Assembly: GCF_001194135.2 (NCBI RefSeq) | Contig: NC_068985.1 | Span: forward strand, 50,876,961-50,934,506 | Direction of reading: 5' to 3' | Length of the DNA: 57,546 nt | From: Octopus bimaculoides | Lineage: Eukaryota | Notes under the pieces: model-generated | Told to the model about the DNA's origin: nothing | Seen by the model: the letters and a program-made list of their open reading frames with translations, nothing else | Databases searched by the model: none | Shown here: in pieces, positions 39,493-54,190 of the stretch | Layout of the letters: each line of letters begins with the position of its first letter | Numbering within the stretch: the stretch's first letter is position 1 | Made by a program: the position numbers and the translations under genes

Positions 39493-40765
39493 GCATATAT
39501 ATATATATATAACTGTATGTATGTACATATATATACATACGTTCAATGTGTGTGCGTGTGTGTGTATCATTATATATACACACACATATCGCNNNNNNNN
39601 NNNNNNNNNNNNNNNNNNNNNNNNNNNNNNNNNNNNNNNNNNNNNNNNNNNNNNNNNNNNNNNNNNNNNNNNNNNNNNNNNNNNNNNNNNNNNNNNNNNN
39701 NNNNNNNNNNNNNNNNNNNNNNNNNNNNNNNNNNNNNNNNNNNNNNNNTGTGAGACAACTGAAACTACAAGTATTTGATTTCCAAGGGTAATTAAATAAA
39801 AAAAAGAAAAACGAAGATTAAATCAAATTTTTAAACATTTGAATTCAAATCAATGAAAACATGTTTGCCAAATTAAAAAAAAAAAAGAGTATGAAAAAAA
39901 ATTAATCCACATTTAGGAAAGAAATGTATCTTTTCTTTTATAGTGTTCTTATCATTTGTGGTCATGCTGGAGTACAATGTTTTCCAAGCAGAAAATCATT
40001 TCTAAACTAAAGCATAATGATGCAAATTTCAAAGAGAAGGAAAGGGGAAGCAGAGAAATTGTGTAGCATTTATGCCAATCTCAATGGCATCAGGGGAAGT
40101 AAACTGACTTCAACTGAGTATCAAAATAGATTTCACTCAACATCAGCTTACTTCTTGATCTATGCCACTAGTTTCATTAGTTAAACTGACACTGAGACAA
40201 AGGAATATAGAAGAAAGATGTTATAAAGTTTTGCTTTAGTTTTTAAATCATCAACAATTTTCACCAGATTATAAGATCAAAGATTTTGAAATTAGTAGTG
40301 GCATGTGTAAATAAAAAAGAAAACAGGGGATGAATTAACAGCTATAAAGTGTGAATTCTTCTAAGTTTTCAAAATAAATATCTTTCAAAAATCAGTAATT
40401 TCCTGTTCTAAACAAATAAGTGTATAAGTTATCTGTGCATGCATGTGTGTGCATATATAAACACACATAAATGTGAAAAAAAGGTATGTATGTGTATAAG
40501 TTTATATATGTGTGTATGGGTGTAACTGACTTAACATCTATTATTTTTAGATTGGCCTGGTTTTAGCAAGTTTGGAATAACTGTCACAGACTCAGGAATA
40601 GGTCCGTGTTTAAGACATTTGTGTCACAGCCTCATGAATCAGAATATGACTCCTTTGCACAGCACCTTGGACAAGGATACTCTAATTAGCCTTGGGTTGA
40701 CCAATGCTTTCTGACTGGAATTTAGTATATGTTAACTGTGAAATTAGTCACACACACTATATGTA

Positions 40766-40801
<36 letters not shown>

Positions 40802-40963
40802 GGGCTTCTTTCAGTTTCTGTCAACCAAATCTACTCAGAAGATTTTGGTTGTCCCACATCTATGGCAGAAGACGCATGCCAAAGGTGGCATGCATGGGAT
40901 TGAACCCAGTCATATGGTTGAGAAGCTGAGAAGCTAACTTCTTGCCACACAGCCACGCCTGCA
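40802..40963 (-). mobile_element. tRNA-derived SINE family, representative copy. Other diverged copies at about 15170-15300(-), 31550-31680(-), 32050-32180(+), 34495-34640(+), 35790-35940(-) and 56480-56640(+)
   Basis: The minus strand reads tgcaggcgtggctgtgtggcaag...gggttcaatccc...gtcttctgccatag...ttggttgacagaaactgaaagaagccc. The same text recurs at the listed sites. Confidence 0.7.
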
Positions 40964-40989
40964 ACTCTCTCTCCATATATATCTATCTA

Positions 40990-41028
<39 letters not shown>

Positions 41029-42160
41029 GGTGTGTGTATACCCTACACACACACACATACAATTGGCTTCATCATGAAGCTGTTAATCACTCTCTCTTCT
41101 GCCACCCTCTTACACTGATTTTCTTGCATCTCTCTCTCTCTGCTACCTACCAGGGATAAAATTTCCTCTGGTGCTGGTGAACAAACAAACAAGACAATGC
41201 TGAGTCAAGGGGACATTTCCAGCCATATTGAGCAACCTTTCTAGTGCTGGTGCATAATAATAATAATAAAATGAGAAAGCTGCAGCATGTAAACCTGTTG
41301 GTACATAAACAGAGATAACTGTTTAGTCTTACCAGGATTATGAAAACTTCTCTAGAGCAAGTGCCACAATAAGATGTATCCAATACACTGTAAAGTAACA
41401 GGAAGGCCATCGAGCTGAAGAAACGATGCCAAAAATGCACATACAAGACATGATCTCCAACCCATCTAAGAAGGTCTTCATTCCAAATTAAAATGACTTA
41501 ATCTGTGATACATCCAACCCATGTCAGCATAGAAAATTAGATGTAAAATGAGATGTGTATGTGCATGCGTGTAACTTTTCTTCACATATTAACAAAAATG
41601 TAAACATTGGAAGGAAAACAGAAAAACTAATGTTTTCAAATAAAAAATATCTTGTATGGCATTTGTTCCATCTGAGTTGCCATCAGATAATGAACAAGCA
41701 ACCAATGACATTATTCTTCAGCAATTGTAACGTTAAATGATGGAAGATCAGTTACAATAGCATATTTGGCTATGTTTCAAGGTACATTGTTTTACTTCTA
41801 TTTCTTTATCTAGATGTGTATGTGTGTGTGTGTGCTTGTAAATGTATGTGTGTGCGTGTAAATGTATGTGTGTGTGCATGTAAATGTATGTGTGTGTGCG
41901 TGTAAATGTATGTGTGTGTATAAAATGAAATAATTTTAACATCAATTTGAAGCCAACAGCATAAACAGTTTGAAAACCAACAACATTCTGAAAACGTGTG
42001 TGTGCATGCATGCACACACACATACTTTTTAACTCATGAATGAAAATGTCAGCCAATAATAGCTGGATGCACAAAACTCATAGATACGAGTATGCAATCC
42101 AGATAATCTCACACACGCAATTAAATTGGTTAAACAAAATTATATAAATAGACATATACA

Positions 42161-43593
42161 CAGGGTGTTCCAAAAAAATGTATACTCAAATTCAATGATT
42201 ATAAAATCAGCATTTATTAAAATAAATTTCATTTGCAAAATTTTGACTGAATTTACAGACAGAATTTAAATTTTATGAACGGTGGCACGTAAAAGCACCC
42301 ACTACATTCTCGGAGTGGTTGGCGTTAGGAAGGGCATCCAGCTGTAGAAACTCTGCCAAATCAGATTGGAGCCTGGTGTAGCCATCTGATTCACCAGTCC
42401 TCAGTCAAATCGTCCAACCCATGCTAGCATGGAAGGCGGACGTTAAACGACGATGATGATGATGATGATGATTTGTTTTCAAACTGATGAGTATTCTGGT
42501 TCAGGCACTGCTGATAATGCAAAGCAATGGAATCACAAACATCAAGAAACATTTCATCCTGTATGTGTTCACACTCTCTTTCAATGGCTGCCTTCAATTC
42601 TTGACTGTCACCAGCTTTGTACTGTAAACTTTATCTTTTAAGTATCCCCATAAAAACGTCTAGTGGTGTGCAATCCAGTGAACATACAGGGTATTTTAAC
42701 TGAACCTCTTCACCAATCTACCTATTTGGCAAGGTAAGCCCTTTCATTATTCTGGTAGAGTGGGAGTGCTCCATCTTGTTGGAAATAAAACTCCACGTCT
42801 TCGTGTCCTCATGAATGTGTAGCATGGCAGATTGTTACAGCATGTTCAACTAAATGGGAACAGTCACAGCACTGCCAAAAAAGAATGGTCCAATTAATTC
42901 TTTTGATGGTAAGCCACATCATATTGTAACTCCTGGTAAATTCGCATGATATTCATCTGTAATATGCAGCTTCCAAGGTCTCCAGTAAATGCAACTGTGA
43001 TATTTAATTGAATCATTTAATTTAACTGTAATTCATTACTCCATACAATCTTTGTTGGAAAGCGTGCATCTTATACATCTTGCCAAGTACCACATGCAAA
43101 AGTTCACTCTTCGGTCTACATCAGCTTCATTGAGAGCATGGACTATTCTTAGAATATAACTTTTCCAATGATAGCACTTCAAAATGCGACAGATGCTTAA
43201 TTTTGAAATTCCTATCTCAGAATCCGCTTGTCGTACAGATTTTCTTGAACTATAGCAATATGTTTCTAGTACCTTTTCTTGTTTTGTGAGAATTGTCAAT
43301 GTAGGTGCACTTCTGGAAAGTTTTCTGCAGATGTTCTGAACAGTTCTATCTGCTTCAAACTTATCTCTAATTCAAATGATATTAAATTGCAGTGGATTTG
43401 TTTGAAACTTCCCACCAAATTGTCTTTGCGCTCCAACTATATTTTCAAATTTCTAGTAGCATTTTAGGATAATTTTTCTTTGTTCAAAGCTTAATCAGGC
43501 TTTCTTCATTATTTGTAAAGAGTTAAATCTAAAAAGAAATGAAAATTAAGTTATCAGCTGTTAAGTGTGTATACATTTTTTGGGGATCCCCTG
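42161..43593 (-). mobile_element. Tc1/mariner-superfamily transposon fossil with both 25-bp TIRs; RTE tail inserted at about 42283-42470
   Basis: TIR cagggtgttccaaaaaaatgtatac vs reverse complement caggggatccccaaaaaatgtatac (21/25). Minus-strand remnants [25 protein letters not shown]...[20 protein letters not shown] (42770-42784) and SLDCTPLDVF/WGY. Confidence 0.85.
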
Positions 43594-46500
43594 TATATAT
43601 TAAACTTTTGATTCAAAAGAAAGAAAATAAAAAGGTTTCAAAAAATTAAAAAGAAAGGAAATGCAATTTTGCACTACTTGAGTGAAAAATAATTTTCAGT
43701 AAATTTAGTCACAAAGTAAAATATAGCTATTTATAAAGCCAATATAAATTGAAGTAATATTGACGACAGTGTTTGAAGTCAGTTTCGGAATTATGAAGTT
43801 GGAAAGATTAAAGAAACATGGCAAAAAACTGATATAATATTTTGAAGAACAAGGATGGGTGGTCAAGGTTTAAATACTGACAAAGTTACTGCCTTTGTTG
43901 TTGAATAAAGCAATTTCTTGAAAATGTTCACATTCACAAAAGCACGCAAAGTTAGTAACTATAAAACATTTTGCAATAAATGCTGCTTGGCTCTGATTTT
44001 CTTTTGATATGATGAAACTCTAATAGGGTGATCAACTAAAATTAGACTCCATCCACTAGAAAAAAAATTCAAAAAAAGCTTCAAGGAATGTAATATAATT
44101 AAAATAAAAGTAATTAAGGTAATTGAGATTATTCTATTACCAACTAACTTAATCTTGTTAAAAGCTGACCAAACTTGCAGTGCTAATAAAATATAACTAA
44201 TTGTTATAAGTTATACAATCTAATACAGTCTATGACATATAATCTATATTGTATTATATACAAACAATTCTTGCTGTAAAGAGATTTCAAAGCAAACCTA
44301 AATATGGTTTCATATACACCCTCACAAACAAATGACCAAGGTGCAGTACTTGCCAACCATACAAACAGAGGATCATCATGATCACATAAAATTTACACCT
44401 GCAAGTTAAATACAAGTGCACTGTATAACTGATGGCTATTTCATTAGATTTCAGTGTTTGCCATAATAGAGAGAGAATATCTGAATGCTCTACCATCGCT
44501 GTCCTTATTCCCATTTCCATGATAAATATAACAATGACAGTTTCATCAGGAGTAATTTCAGATCAATTATGAAGTATTTGCCTAACAAGTACAGGTGCAT
44601 ACCTGCTCATTCATAGATGCTTATTGCCTGTAAAACAAAAGGCACCAATCAAAGCATCAGTTTTATGTTTACAAGATAAAAAGTAAACACTGAATTATAA
44701 AGATATTATAAAGTTTCAGACCTTAAAAAAAAAACAATCAAAACAACTGTTTCCAGAATTCAAACTATTTATAAAAATAAAAATCATAAATCCTTTATAA
44801 ATGCAAAAATATAATGTTTTTAAAAAATGAAAGACATTATATAAAATTATGCATGTACCTGTATAGTTGTGCTCTAGCAAGAATGCTTAATTATCAAGTA
44901 CATATATTATCAGTCCCTTTGCTTATAAGTTACAAATATTTTTTGTTTTATGCTATATACTTGGACAAAGGACTTGATTCAGTTTGCTTAGATCTTGGGA
45001 ATATTCTATTGTTGTTTAGCCCCAGGTCAGCTTTGTTAGAGCTGACCCATGATTAGCTCACCCACAATTATATCATCCTGGATACATGTATCTTCTTTTT
45101 AAGAAGAGTACAATTTGAAGAGGATCTAGTTGTTATTTATACCAGGTTAAGTAATTACACTAAAGCTTGCTAAGGAGTATAGACATACTATTGGTGAACT
45201 GCATAACACCTTAAGAGTCTTAATTTTGAAAGGATTATAGATAAAATCTTTGTGTAAATATATACATATAAATATGTGTGTATGCATGGTAGCTGTAGCT
45301 AGATAAGCTATCAGACTACAAGCCAAAGTATAAATAGTTTGTCTATCATCACTGTTACTGTGTTATGTTTGTAGCCAAAACAATGAAGATTCTAAAGCAC
45401 TGTCCATCTAGCAGTGCAGAAGATAGAAGGGAATGATACAGCCTCTACTAAGCAATAAGATAGTTATTAAATTGTTTCATGCTCTTCAAGTATTAGTGGT
45501 TAATTTTGTAATCTTACTGGATCACTGAAGAACCACTGGAAACAAATTTAATGATTCAATTTGAGGAATGCATTGAAGTGCTTTTCTTATTTTCCTCTCC
45601 TAACTAATGAAGAGACATGAACTCAGCACAACAAGATAATGAAGCATTTCTAAATGTAATGCTACAACAAACAGAGGCATGATGTGTACCACCCTCAAAA
45701 CTTGTATATTGAGTCAAATGCATTGGTCTCAAGACAGAATAAAGAGACACATAAAAGATGCAGGAGGTTCAGTTCCCCATCAACTCAGTTCTGAGTATGT
45801 TCCCCATCAACTCTCTGAACTCAAACCACAAAAAAATTAGCATTACTCCTGAAGTAAAGATTACTGGTTCATTAATGCATACATATCATTAAAAATTCAA
45901 GCAACTATTTATCTCAAATAGAAATAGCCAGAAGCATGTATGGATGCACACACATACACTCACACATACATATACAGTTTAATATTTAATCTTTAAATTG
46001 TTTCAGCTTCAAAGCTGCGGTCATGCTGGGGCACCACCATTGATCATATTGGCTATTTTTAAAATCATAATGATCAACTGTAGATATCAAAACCACAAAT
46101 TGTAAATTTCAAGTCAAGCATAATCATTTAGTGCTACTCCAGGCAATCCTTGTTTCAAGAAACCACGAAATAACGATCTATAAAAATGATATATTTTTTC
46201 ATAATATAATGCAACTTTATAATAAAATACTCCAAAACACCAAGATATATAAATAGATATTTTTAAAAAATTAATAAATGATTTATAAAAGAAAAAATGG
46301 GTAATCTTATATATAAAATGTTGATAATCCGAAAGACAAAAACAGGAAAAAAATAAAACCATCATGGAAAGAAAAAATAGCTCCATTTTTCTTTATAATT
46401 ATTTATAAATATGTATTTATAAATAAAGCATTAAGCAATGGAAAAATATAAGTGTAGGTATAAATGAAATAAACTCAACTTGGTAGTATTCAGCATGAAC

Positions 46501-47589
46501 ATTTTTTTCAAATTTTGGATTAAGAGCAATATCATTTACACACATACACACAACCCCAAAATGTATAAGCTGAAATTAAACATTTACACATAGTGTATAA
46601 AGTGAAATTATATACACACAGTGTATAAATTGAAATCATATGTATGTATGTATGTATGTACACACACACACAGAATTATCACATATCATACAATGAAAAC
46701 CAAACAACTTGCTGATGTAATCTTCAGTAAGTTGTTCGCTGCATCCAATACAGTTAACAAAATTGATCAACATTCAATCATGTCTTCTGTCATACAGAAA
46801 CCATAGTTCACACACACACACACACACACATATATTCAGGGGTGTTCTAGTTACAGGTCTTCACTACTCTATATTCTAAATACTGTATATAGCCATATAA
46901 TCCTACCCAGGTTACCTCTGGTACCATAATACAAAACTTCTCATTTTAAAAATGCTGATATGTATATTTAAAAGATTCCATTATAATTTTAAGTAAGACT
47001 TTTAAGTTATGTTCCAAACAACAGCCTAAAGTGATTTTACTAAATCCTACAAACTCTGGATTATTTTCAAAATTAATTGAAACAAACAAGACATTACAAG
47101 TATGGTAACATATTCTATTTTATCTTATTAACACATAGTTTTAAGAGTTGTACAGTACCACAGGTCTCAATACGTATATATAAATATTCAAACTACTTGT
47201 TCAGCTATGTTGGAGCATTGCTCTCAGAGAAATCAAAAATAAAAAAAATTCTGGTGCCTTAGAAGTTAAACCTATTCAAGGTATATTTGGGACACTGGTA
47301 CCAAATATATTATCAGTTTTGCCCTACTAACTCTAGATCTGGTTATATGGTATATCAGTTTCTAAGCTATTGTGTACTGAAATTAGGGATACCAGTAGCA
47401 TCTTCCCTCAAATTTGACTTCTAACCAGATAGTTTCAGTCATCAATAGCTAAAACAGAATGTTAGATGAGACTTTATATCTATAAATTGGTATCTGCAAA
47501 TTTTAACAATGTACCTACCTGTGATCCAGCATATACAAAATGAATCTAATTTAAACTAATTGTTAGCTTAGCAGATTCAATAAACATAA

Positions 47590-49560
47590 TTGCTTCCTAA
47601 TGAAAAAGGTGCATGAACCATTGAGACGTCATGTTACTTTTGAGACAAGTACACCATGAATGAACATAGGAAACCCATTAGACATCTTTGAACAGAGTAT
47701 ATCTCGCATATTTTAAAGTACATCCTGGAAATCAAGATAAATCATGGACTTTCCAAATGCAAGCAAAACTTGCATGGAACATTTGTAGCAATGGGCTAAT
47801 AGAAAGAGGAGCTACTTGAAATATAAAGTACCACATTATGATGATTGTTATTTCTGTCAAGTCAATATCAAGGGCATCAAGTGAAATTAGGGAAGAAATG
47901 ATGGCCTAGATCAGCAAGAGGATCTGTTCCTTGCTCAGATGAAATATCAATTCTATCTTTCAGCCACCTAATAGAGCTTCTAACTGATGAACAGGAATCA
48001 CTTATGTCTGATGATGTAGACTGTAACAGAAATTTAAAAAGTGACAAGGATTTTTAAAGAACTATATCAAGTAACATTTTAACCAAGTTGAATTCTGTAC
48101 TGCTGGCCTCCAGGTTGAAAGAGAAGAATTTACTTCATTCTGGAACCAAAATTATATCATTAACATAACAGAGAAAAAGATATGCTTCCTTTTAAGACAC
48201 ATCTTGAACGGCACATCGAGAAATTAATTTTTTGTAACTAAACACTTTCAAACTTCGGACACTGGTAGAATGTGTCATACAAAACATCTTTTACTCTTAA
48301 TGATGTTGAGAAAAGTTTATATTTTGAAAGTTATTTCGTGTTAAAGTTGTCGTATTTCAGTAATTTCAACCAATCAATGACGTGTATTCAACTGAATAAA
48401 ATTACTGCCGTTGTTTGCCAACAACAACTGCCGGCGGTGTATATTTCGTTTGTCACCGTTATTTATGACATCGTTCATGCGTTTGTACTGGTTTTAGCTT
48501 TAGGGGGTTAGGGTTAGGGTTTTAGGGTCAGGGTTAGGGTNNNNNNNNNNNNNNNNNNNNNNNNNNNNNNNNNNNNNNNNNNNNNNNNNNNNNNNNNNNN
48601 NNNNNNNNNNNNNNNNNNNNNNNNNNNNNNNNNNNNNNNNNNNNNNNNNNNNNNNNNNNNNNNNNNNNNNNNNNNNNNNNNNNNNNNNNNNNNNNNNNNN
48701 NNNNNNNNNNNNNNNNNNNNNNNNNNNNNNNNNNNNNNNNNNNNNNNNNNNNNNNNNNNNNNGGTGACATGAAGTAAACATGCTTCAGATACACTCGTTT
48801 ATTCATACAAACATAACTGAGATGAAATATGTCATAAATAACAGTGACAAACGAAATATACACCACCGGAAGTTGTTGTTGACAAACAACAGCAGTAATT
48901 TTATTCAGCTGAATACATGTCATTGATTGGTTGAAATTACCGAAATAAGACAACTTTAACATGAAATAACTTTCAAAATATAAACTTTTCTCAACATCAC
49001 TAAGAGTAAAAGATGTTTTATATGACACATTCTACCAGTGTCCGAAGTTTGAAAGTGTTTAGTTATAAAAAAATTAATTTCTCGATGTGCCATTCAAAGG
49101 GTAAAGATCCCAAACAAATGATGTCAAAGGAAAATGGAACTATCAGAATGTATCTCAACTGGATAGTGGCTTTTTCCTTGCCAAATTCAAATGAAATTTA
49201 ATATGTTGCTTTTACGCAACAGTTGACAAATATCGCTCAATTGCAATTTGTCACCCAACCAATATGAAAGAAGAGTACAAAACATTCACTCTAGTCTTGG
49301 ATACCTAAAGGGGATTTGAGTAGCCCTAAAGATAGTGAATCTTCATGTTGGTCAACAAAGCAGACAAAATATCTATGCTTTTTATGACTTTGAGATAGCA
49401 GAGTCAAAGTTAACCAACAGATAGGTAAAAGTGGTCTTTGAGAGAATATACAGTTGTTATGTTAAAAAAGAATTTACCTAAGGTTGATAGAGGAAAACAT
49501 TATCCTACCATTATTACATATCAAACTTGGCCTGATGAAACCACAAAAAAAAAATCAATT
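47590..49560 (+). mobile_element. Chapaev3-like (CMC superfamily) transposase fossil, split by a foldback insertion
   Basis: YDDCYFC (47837-47857), LLASRLKEKNLL (48100-48135), NMKEEYKT and ILPLLHIKLGLMK (49502-49540) match remembered Chapaev3 motifs DCYFC, LLASRLKEKNLL and LPPLHIKLGLMK. Many stops. Confidence 0.75.
48204..49097. mobile_element. Foldback element with ~268-bp TIRs and a (TTAGGG)n core running into a gap
   Basis: 48204-48471 is the reverse complement of 48829-49097 at high identity (the ORF track gives mirror peptides MSYKTSFTL...). Degenerate TTAGGG repeats at 48499-48540. Confidence 0.9.
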
Positions 49561-50446
49561 TAGAAAAGGGACTTTTTGATGGTCCTCATAAGAGAGATAA
49601 ATATACCCAAATATTGAGTTAATTTGTAAGACACCAAAATGGGTGTGTGTGTGTGTACGTGTGTAGAGAGAGAGAGTTTAGGTCTTTCTGCACTTTGACA
49701 TTGTTATTTCCATTATAACATAACATTCTTTTCAAAGAACCAGCAAAGTATGCATCATGTCAGGCAAACAAACTGAAGCATATCGTGCAGTTTATAAGAC
49801 AAAGGCTTTAAGTAAACTTCTAACCCATGACCATGTGGTCAATAATCAAACAACCTTAATCTCACAGAAATTTGTTATAAGGTGGATATATACAAATGCG
49901 TGTACATATATCGATATTCTATAGGGTCGTATAGCACAGACAGTATTGGGATCAATACAACCTTTCAAGCTGTTGCTCCAGCATGGCCACAGTCCAATGA
50001 CAAAAATTAGTAAAAGAAACGATGGATGAACTCTCAATTTCAATGAATAAGCATTACGGTTGTTTCATAAATGAAATTATAAACTCAACATACTGAGCAT
50101 TCCACACATGCACGAACCCTTCCTGTAATAATCACACAGAATCAGTGAGACACAGTGCGAGAAATAGCTGACCTATGGAATTAAGAGAGAGTAGCAATTC
50201 CTACACTCTTTCTGTCATCGGGTTTCGCTAAGAATGCTTGGCTCAACTAGAGGCCATCATTAAAAAACACACCAGGTGCTATACAGAGGGAACCCATTCA
50301 AGAAATAGAGGTTGTGTCATGTACTTGTTAACTATGTGGCCATGCANNNNNNNNNNNNNNNNNNNNNNNNNNNNNNNNNNNNNNNNNNNNNNNNNNNNNN
50401 NNNNNNNNNNNNNNNNNNNNNNNNNNNNNNNNNNNNNNNNNNNNNN

Positions 50447-50485
<39 letters not shown>

Positions 50486-52020
50486 AACATATGAATTACT
50501 AATCTGAAACAAAAGCAGTCCCATCAGTAGCCTATTTCTTGTTCCTATTTCAAACTGGCTGACAATTTACATGCACACACATAAATATGTTTGCATGTAC
50601 ACACACAGTCTCATACAACAAGTGCTTACAACCAGACCCTGGACAAGAGATGCATTACTTTCAAAACCAGATTCCAACCCAATCAAAATAAGAGCTCCAG
50701 TAAATCTGGTACCCATTTCCAATAGACATGTAAACTAAGTAATATAAGATATAACTGTCTTGTCTTGACAATGCCTGGGATGACTGTTAACTCAACACTC
50801 ATGAATTGAGAGCTTAATATGTCATCTACTGAACCAATGTATGTCTGCATATATACACATAGTACACACATATACTGAACTGTGATATATAATTTTTCAA
50901 TTATATACTTGTTATCTTGAGATAAATAATAATAACTGTATCCTGTAATAGCAGAATTAATGAAATAGATAATTGTTTTCAAATTTAAAAGGATACTAAA
51001 AATAAAGAGGAATTACCAATTGAAAAGAAATAAATATTTGTAAAAACTGAATAAAGGAAGATATAAAATGTAGGGAAAAAAATGAAAATACTGAAACAAA
51101 AATATATAAGCAAGAATTGAGCTTGTATATGTGTGTGTTTGTGCAGGTTGTGAATGTTTTGTGTAAGTGAGTAGCAATTTATTGTTGTGCAATGCCACTT
51201 AGCTGTATTCAAGTAATTTTATAAAATGAAAGTAACTGATCAAAAAAAAAAAAAAACTTCAATCAGGAATGTTAATTGCAACCAACTTATAGTAGACTGG
51301 TCTTAAAATTTAGGACTTAAAACAAAAAAAACACAAGTAGTTATTTTAATACTAATACAGAGGACACTGAAAGATTTCATCAAGTGAGCAGACTTTTCAT
51401 CAAGCATCTCTGCCTTGAACAGGCAATACTATTGTTTATTTTTTTCAAACATAATGTATATAGAATTGATTTGAGAATGATTTGGCAGTTATGTGAAACC
51501 GGTTGACCAACTGCATAGAAGCCCTGTCATCGGCTCGTATATTTGAGGAGTTCCCCAAATAGGTACAACAATTTCATACAAGCTTTATTGAAGGAAAGGT
51601 GTACATTGGCTACTTCAGGAAATAGGGAAGTATTCATGAGCCTTTTAGAGACTCTTAGACTGTTGGGAGGACAAAAGGAAGTTATCCTCAGACTGAAAAT
51701 CTCCAACAAAATGGACGCCAATGAAGGCAATCAAGATGTTCTTGCCCTCCATGAGTTTATGTTAAATCTATTCACGCCAATTGTGTATCTAATTTACAAA
51801 ATTATATGATTGGTGTGTGTATGCAAGGGTTTGTATATATAGTATTGTGTAGAAGATTCTATGTAGATCTCAGCACTGCATTGTGTAAGTACCATATATA
51901 TATATGGGCTGGTGAGTGTATTTTTGCATGTAATGGACATTTATTTGAATATATTTGTGTATCACATAAATAATAAAATGCATATATAAAAGCAATCATT
52001 ATAATATATAAATAGACATC

Positions 52021-52055
<35 letters not shown>

Positions 52056-53994
52056 ATAGATACATATATATACACGCACACACATACACACATATATACA
52101 CACACACACATACACACATATATACACACACACACACACATATATGCATGCATACATATACATATATGTATGTATATACCTTAATATATATATATATATA
52201 TAATGTATAGAAAATATAAAATTTCATTATTATAATCATATGAAAATGTAGTTTTCAGACACGCACTTTTTTTTTAGCCGTGATTTCCCTGGATTCCTCC
52301 GTGTTGTCACTGTATGACTGTGCTGTAGATCCCCTCATTGGTAACCACTTCACAGGGAAGAGAGAGATGATGGCATTAGGTAAGTTGTCACATCAACAAA
52401 GTCACAGCATTCACAAAACCTGCTAACAGCAGGGACTACATTAACTCAATGAAATGACAATAGTTTGCCTTCAAAAAAATGAGAAAATTGCAGTCAATAT
52501 AAAAACAAAAATTAACAGAAAATGTTGAAATAATCCTTTTGCAACATCCTCGCTGACCATACACATTGAAACAAAGTTTATTTAAGTAATAAAAGAAAAT
52601 TGCTCAGAAGGATTTACTTAGTATAGTGTTATCTGCATTATAAAAGCCAGAATTTAGAGCTCTTTGTTTACTGCTGCAAGTGCATTTTGGCTAGTGCAAA
52701 GCTTTAGTATAAGTCTAAGTATGGGGGGGGGGGGGGTAGTAGCTTTTTTTTTTTGTATTCATTTTTACAAACTTATAGAATTTAAGAAAAATGGTGTAAT
52801 ATAAATCTTACAAGCATTCTTTAAACCAAATCAATTCAATGTTATAAATAATGATTATGTTCTTGCTTTCACACTTGCAGAATCTGAAGCTTTTGCTTGT
52901 TCATCTTTATTACAATGTGGTAACATTGTAATCGGGGTAGGTAAATGAATATTTTTCTTGCAACAATGATTTCAAAATTCTAAATAAAAGGAACCACTGA
53001 AATTATAGATGAAAATTCCTATAGTCATGTGACAGTCAAAAGAACCTAATGTATTTGCCAATGGCTCAAAAGGTTCTGTAGCTGAAAAGGGCTCTACAAT
53101 GATACATCAAAATAATTCAAAAGAAGAAGTGAATATATTAGTTAGTGCTCTACCCAGGTTCTAGTTAGAATATAACAAGACATCAGATATTCAGCTAAAC
53201 TGTGTATATTTACATTTGCAGGAAGAGCTTCCAGAACTCTACTGAATTACAAGAAATCCAATTCAATAAAGTCATAGTCAAATATCAACAATTTCTTAAG
53301 AGTACAACTGAATATGATGATATTCATGTCTTTACTCCGTGATATTAACAGTCTAATTGAAGTAAAAGAGCCTCAACCATATAGTATAATCAGCTTGTCA
53401 ACTATTAAGATCTTACATTTTTACCATGCTGCATTTCATGATAAAGATGTTTATTTTCTACTACTTCCGATCTATTGTTTATTGCATCTTTTAGACATAA
53501 CTAGTATGAGAAGAACTGAATTTGCTAATACTTTTCATTACAAGAAACCCCATCATTTCAGTTTATATGTATATAATAACCTGGCAGTTAAGTAAGAGTA
53601 AGACAGAAATCTATCCCTACCATTATTATTTGAGATTTCAATCACTCCACAGAAATACTTACTTTCATATACTTCAGTTGGTCACTTTGATTAAAAATCA
53701 AATGCAGCAATGAAATAAAAACAAATTTTATAGCTGTTCACTACCCTTCAGCTGGACAATGTTCAGTTCTAAGGGTAGATCTGAAGCTTCTTTTTTTTTA
53801 TTTAGCTAAAATATTATATATCAATTAAATAATTACAAAAGGAAAAATACAAAAACTAAAACAAAATAAAAATAAAGACAGTATTAAAATGTTACCTGTG
53901 CTTTAATTTCTACTTCCTTTTCCATAAACATATTTAATAAACCAGCTAATTTAAACATTTCTCATTAGCTACTTTGTGCTTCAGTAGAAGTCAC

Positions 53995-54190
53995 TTGAAC
54001 CTAAGTCAGCTCTGGTCAAGCAGGTCTAACATTCAAAGATGTTCCAGTAGTAACCATTTAGTATTTTTTCAGATGTAGTGTCTAATATAACATTATCCAA
54101 TATATATATTCTTTTTAAGACAGTAGGATGTGATTTGAGAGGGATTTGGCTGCTACTTTTAACAGATCAAGCAACTACGTAAAGGCTTTC
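53995..54190 (+). repeat. Dispersed repeat family, representative copy (also about 9440-9545, 33100-33265 and 45015-45160)
   Basis: Shared text ...gtcagctctggtcaagcagg...gtgatttgagagggatttggctgcta... Confidence 0.6.

Noticed and set aside
48499-48762. True telomere or chromosome end
   Set aside because: Short, degenerate, internal to an intron and enclosed by TIRs.
48272-49028. Apparent pair of paralogous ORFs (MSYKTSFTL...)
   Set aside because: Mirror translations of the two arms of one inverted repeat, with GTG starts and no protein features.
51527-51809. Overlapping GC-richer ORFs on both strands
   Set aside because: No recognisable motif or supporting splice sites; probably an old repeat fragment.
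52880-53300. Possible nested plus-strand exons (cacttgcag|...|gtaaat; EPNVFANGSKGS...)
   Set aside because: No recognisable homology or consistent multi-exon frame; cannot be supported without RNA data.
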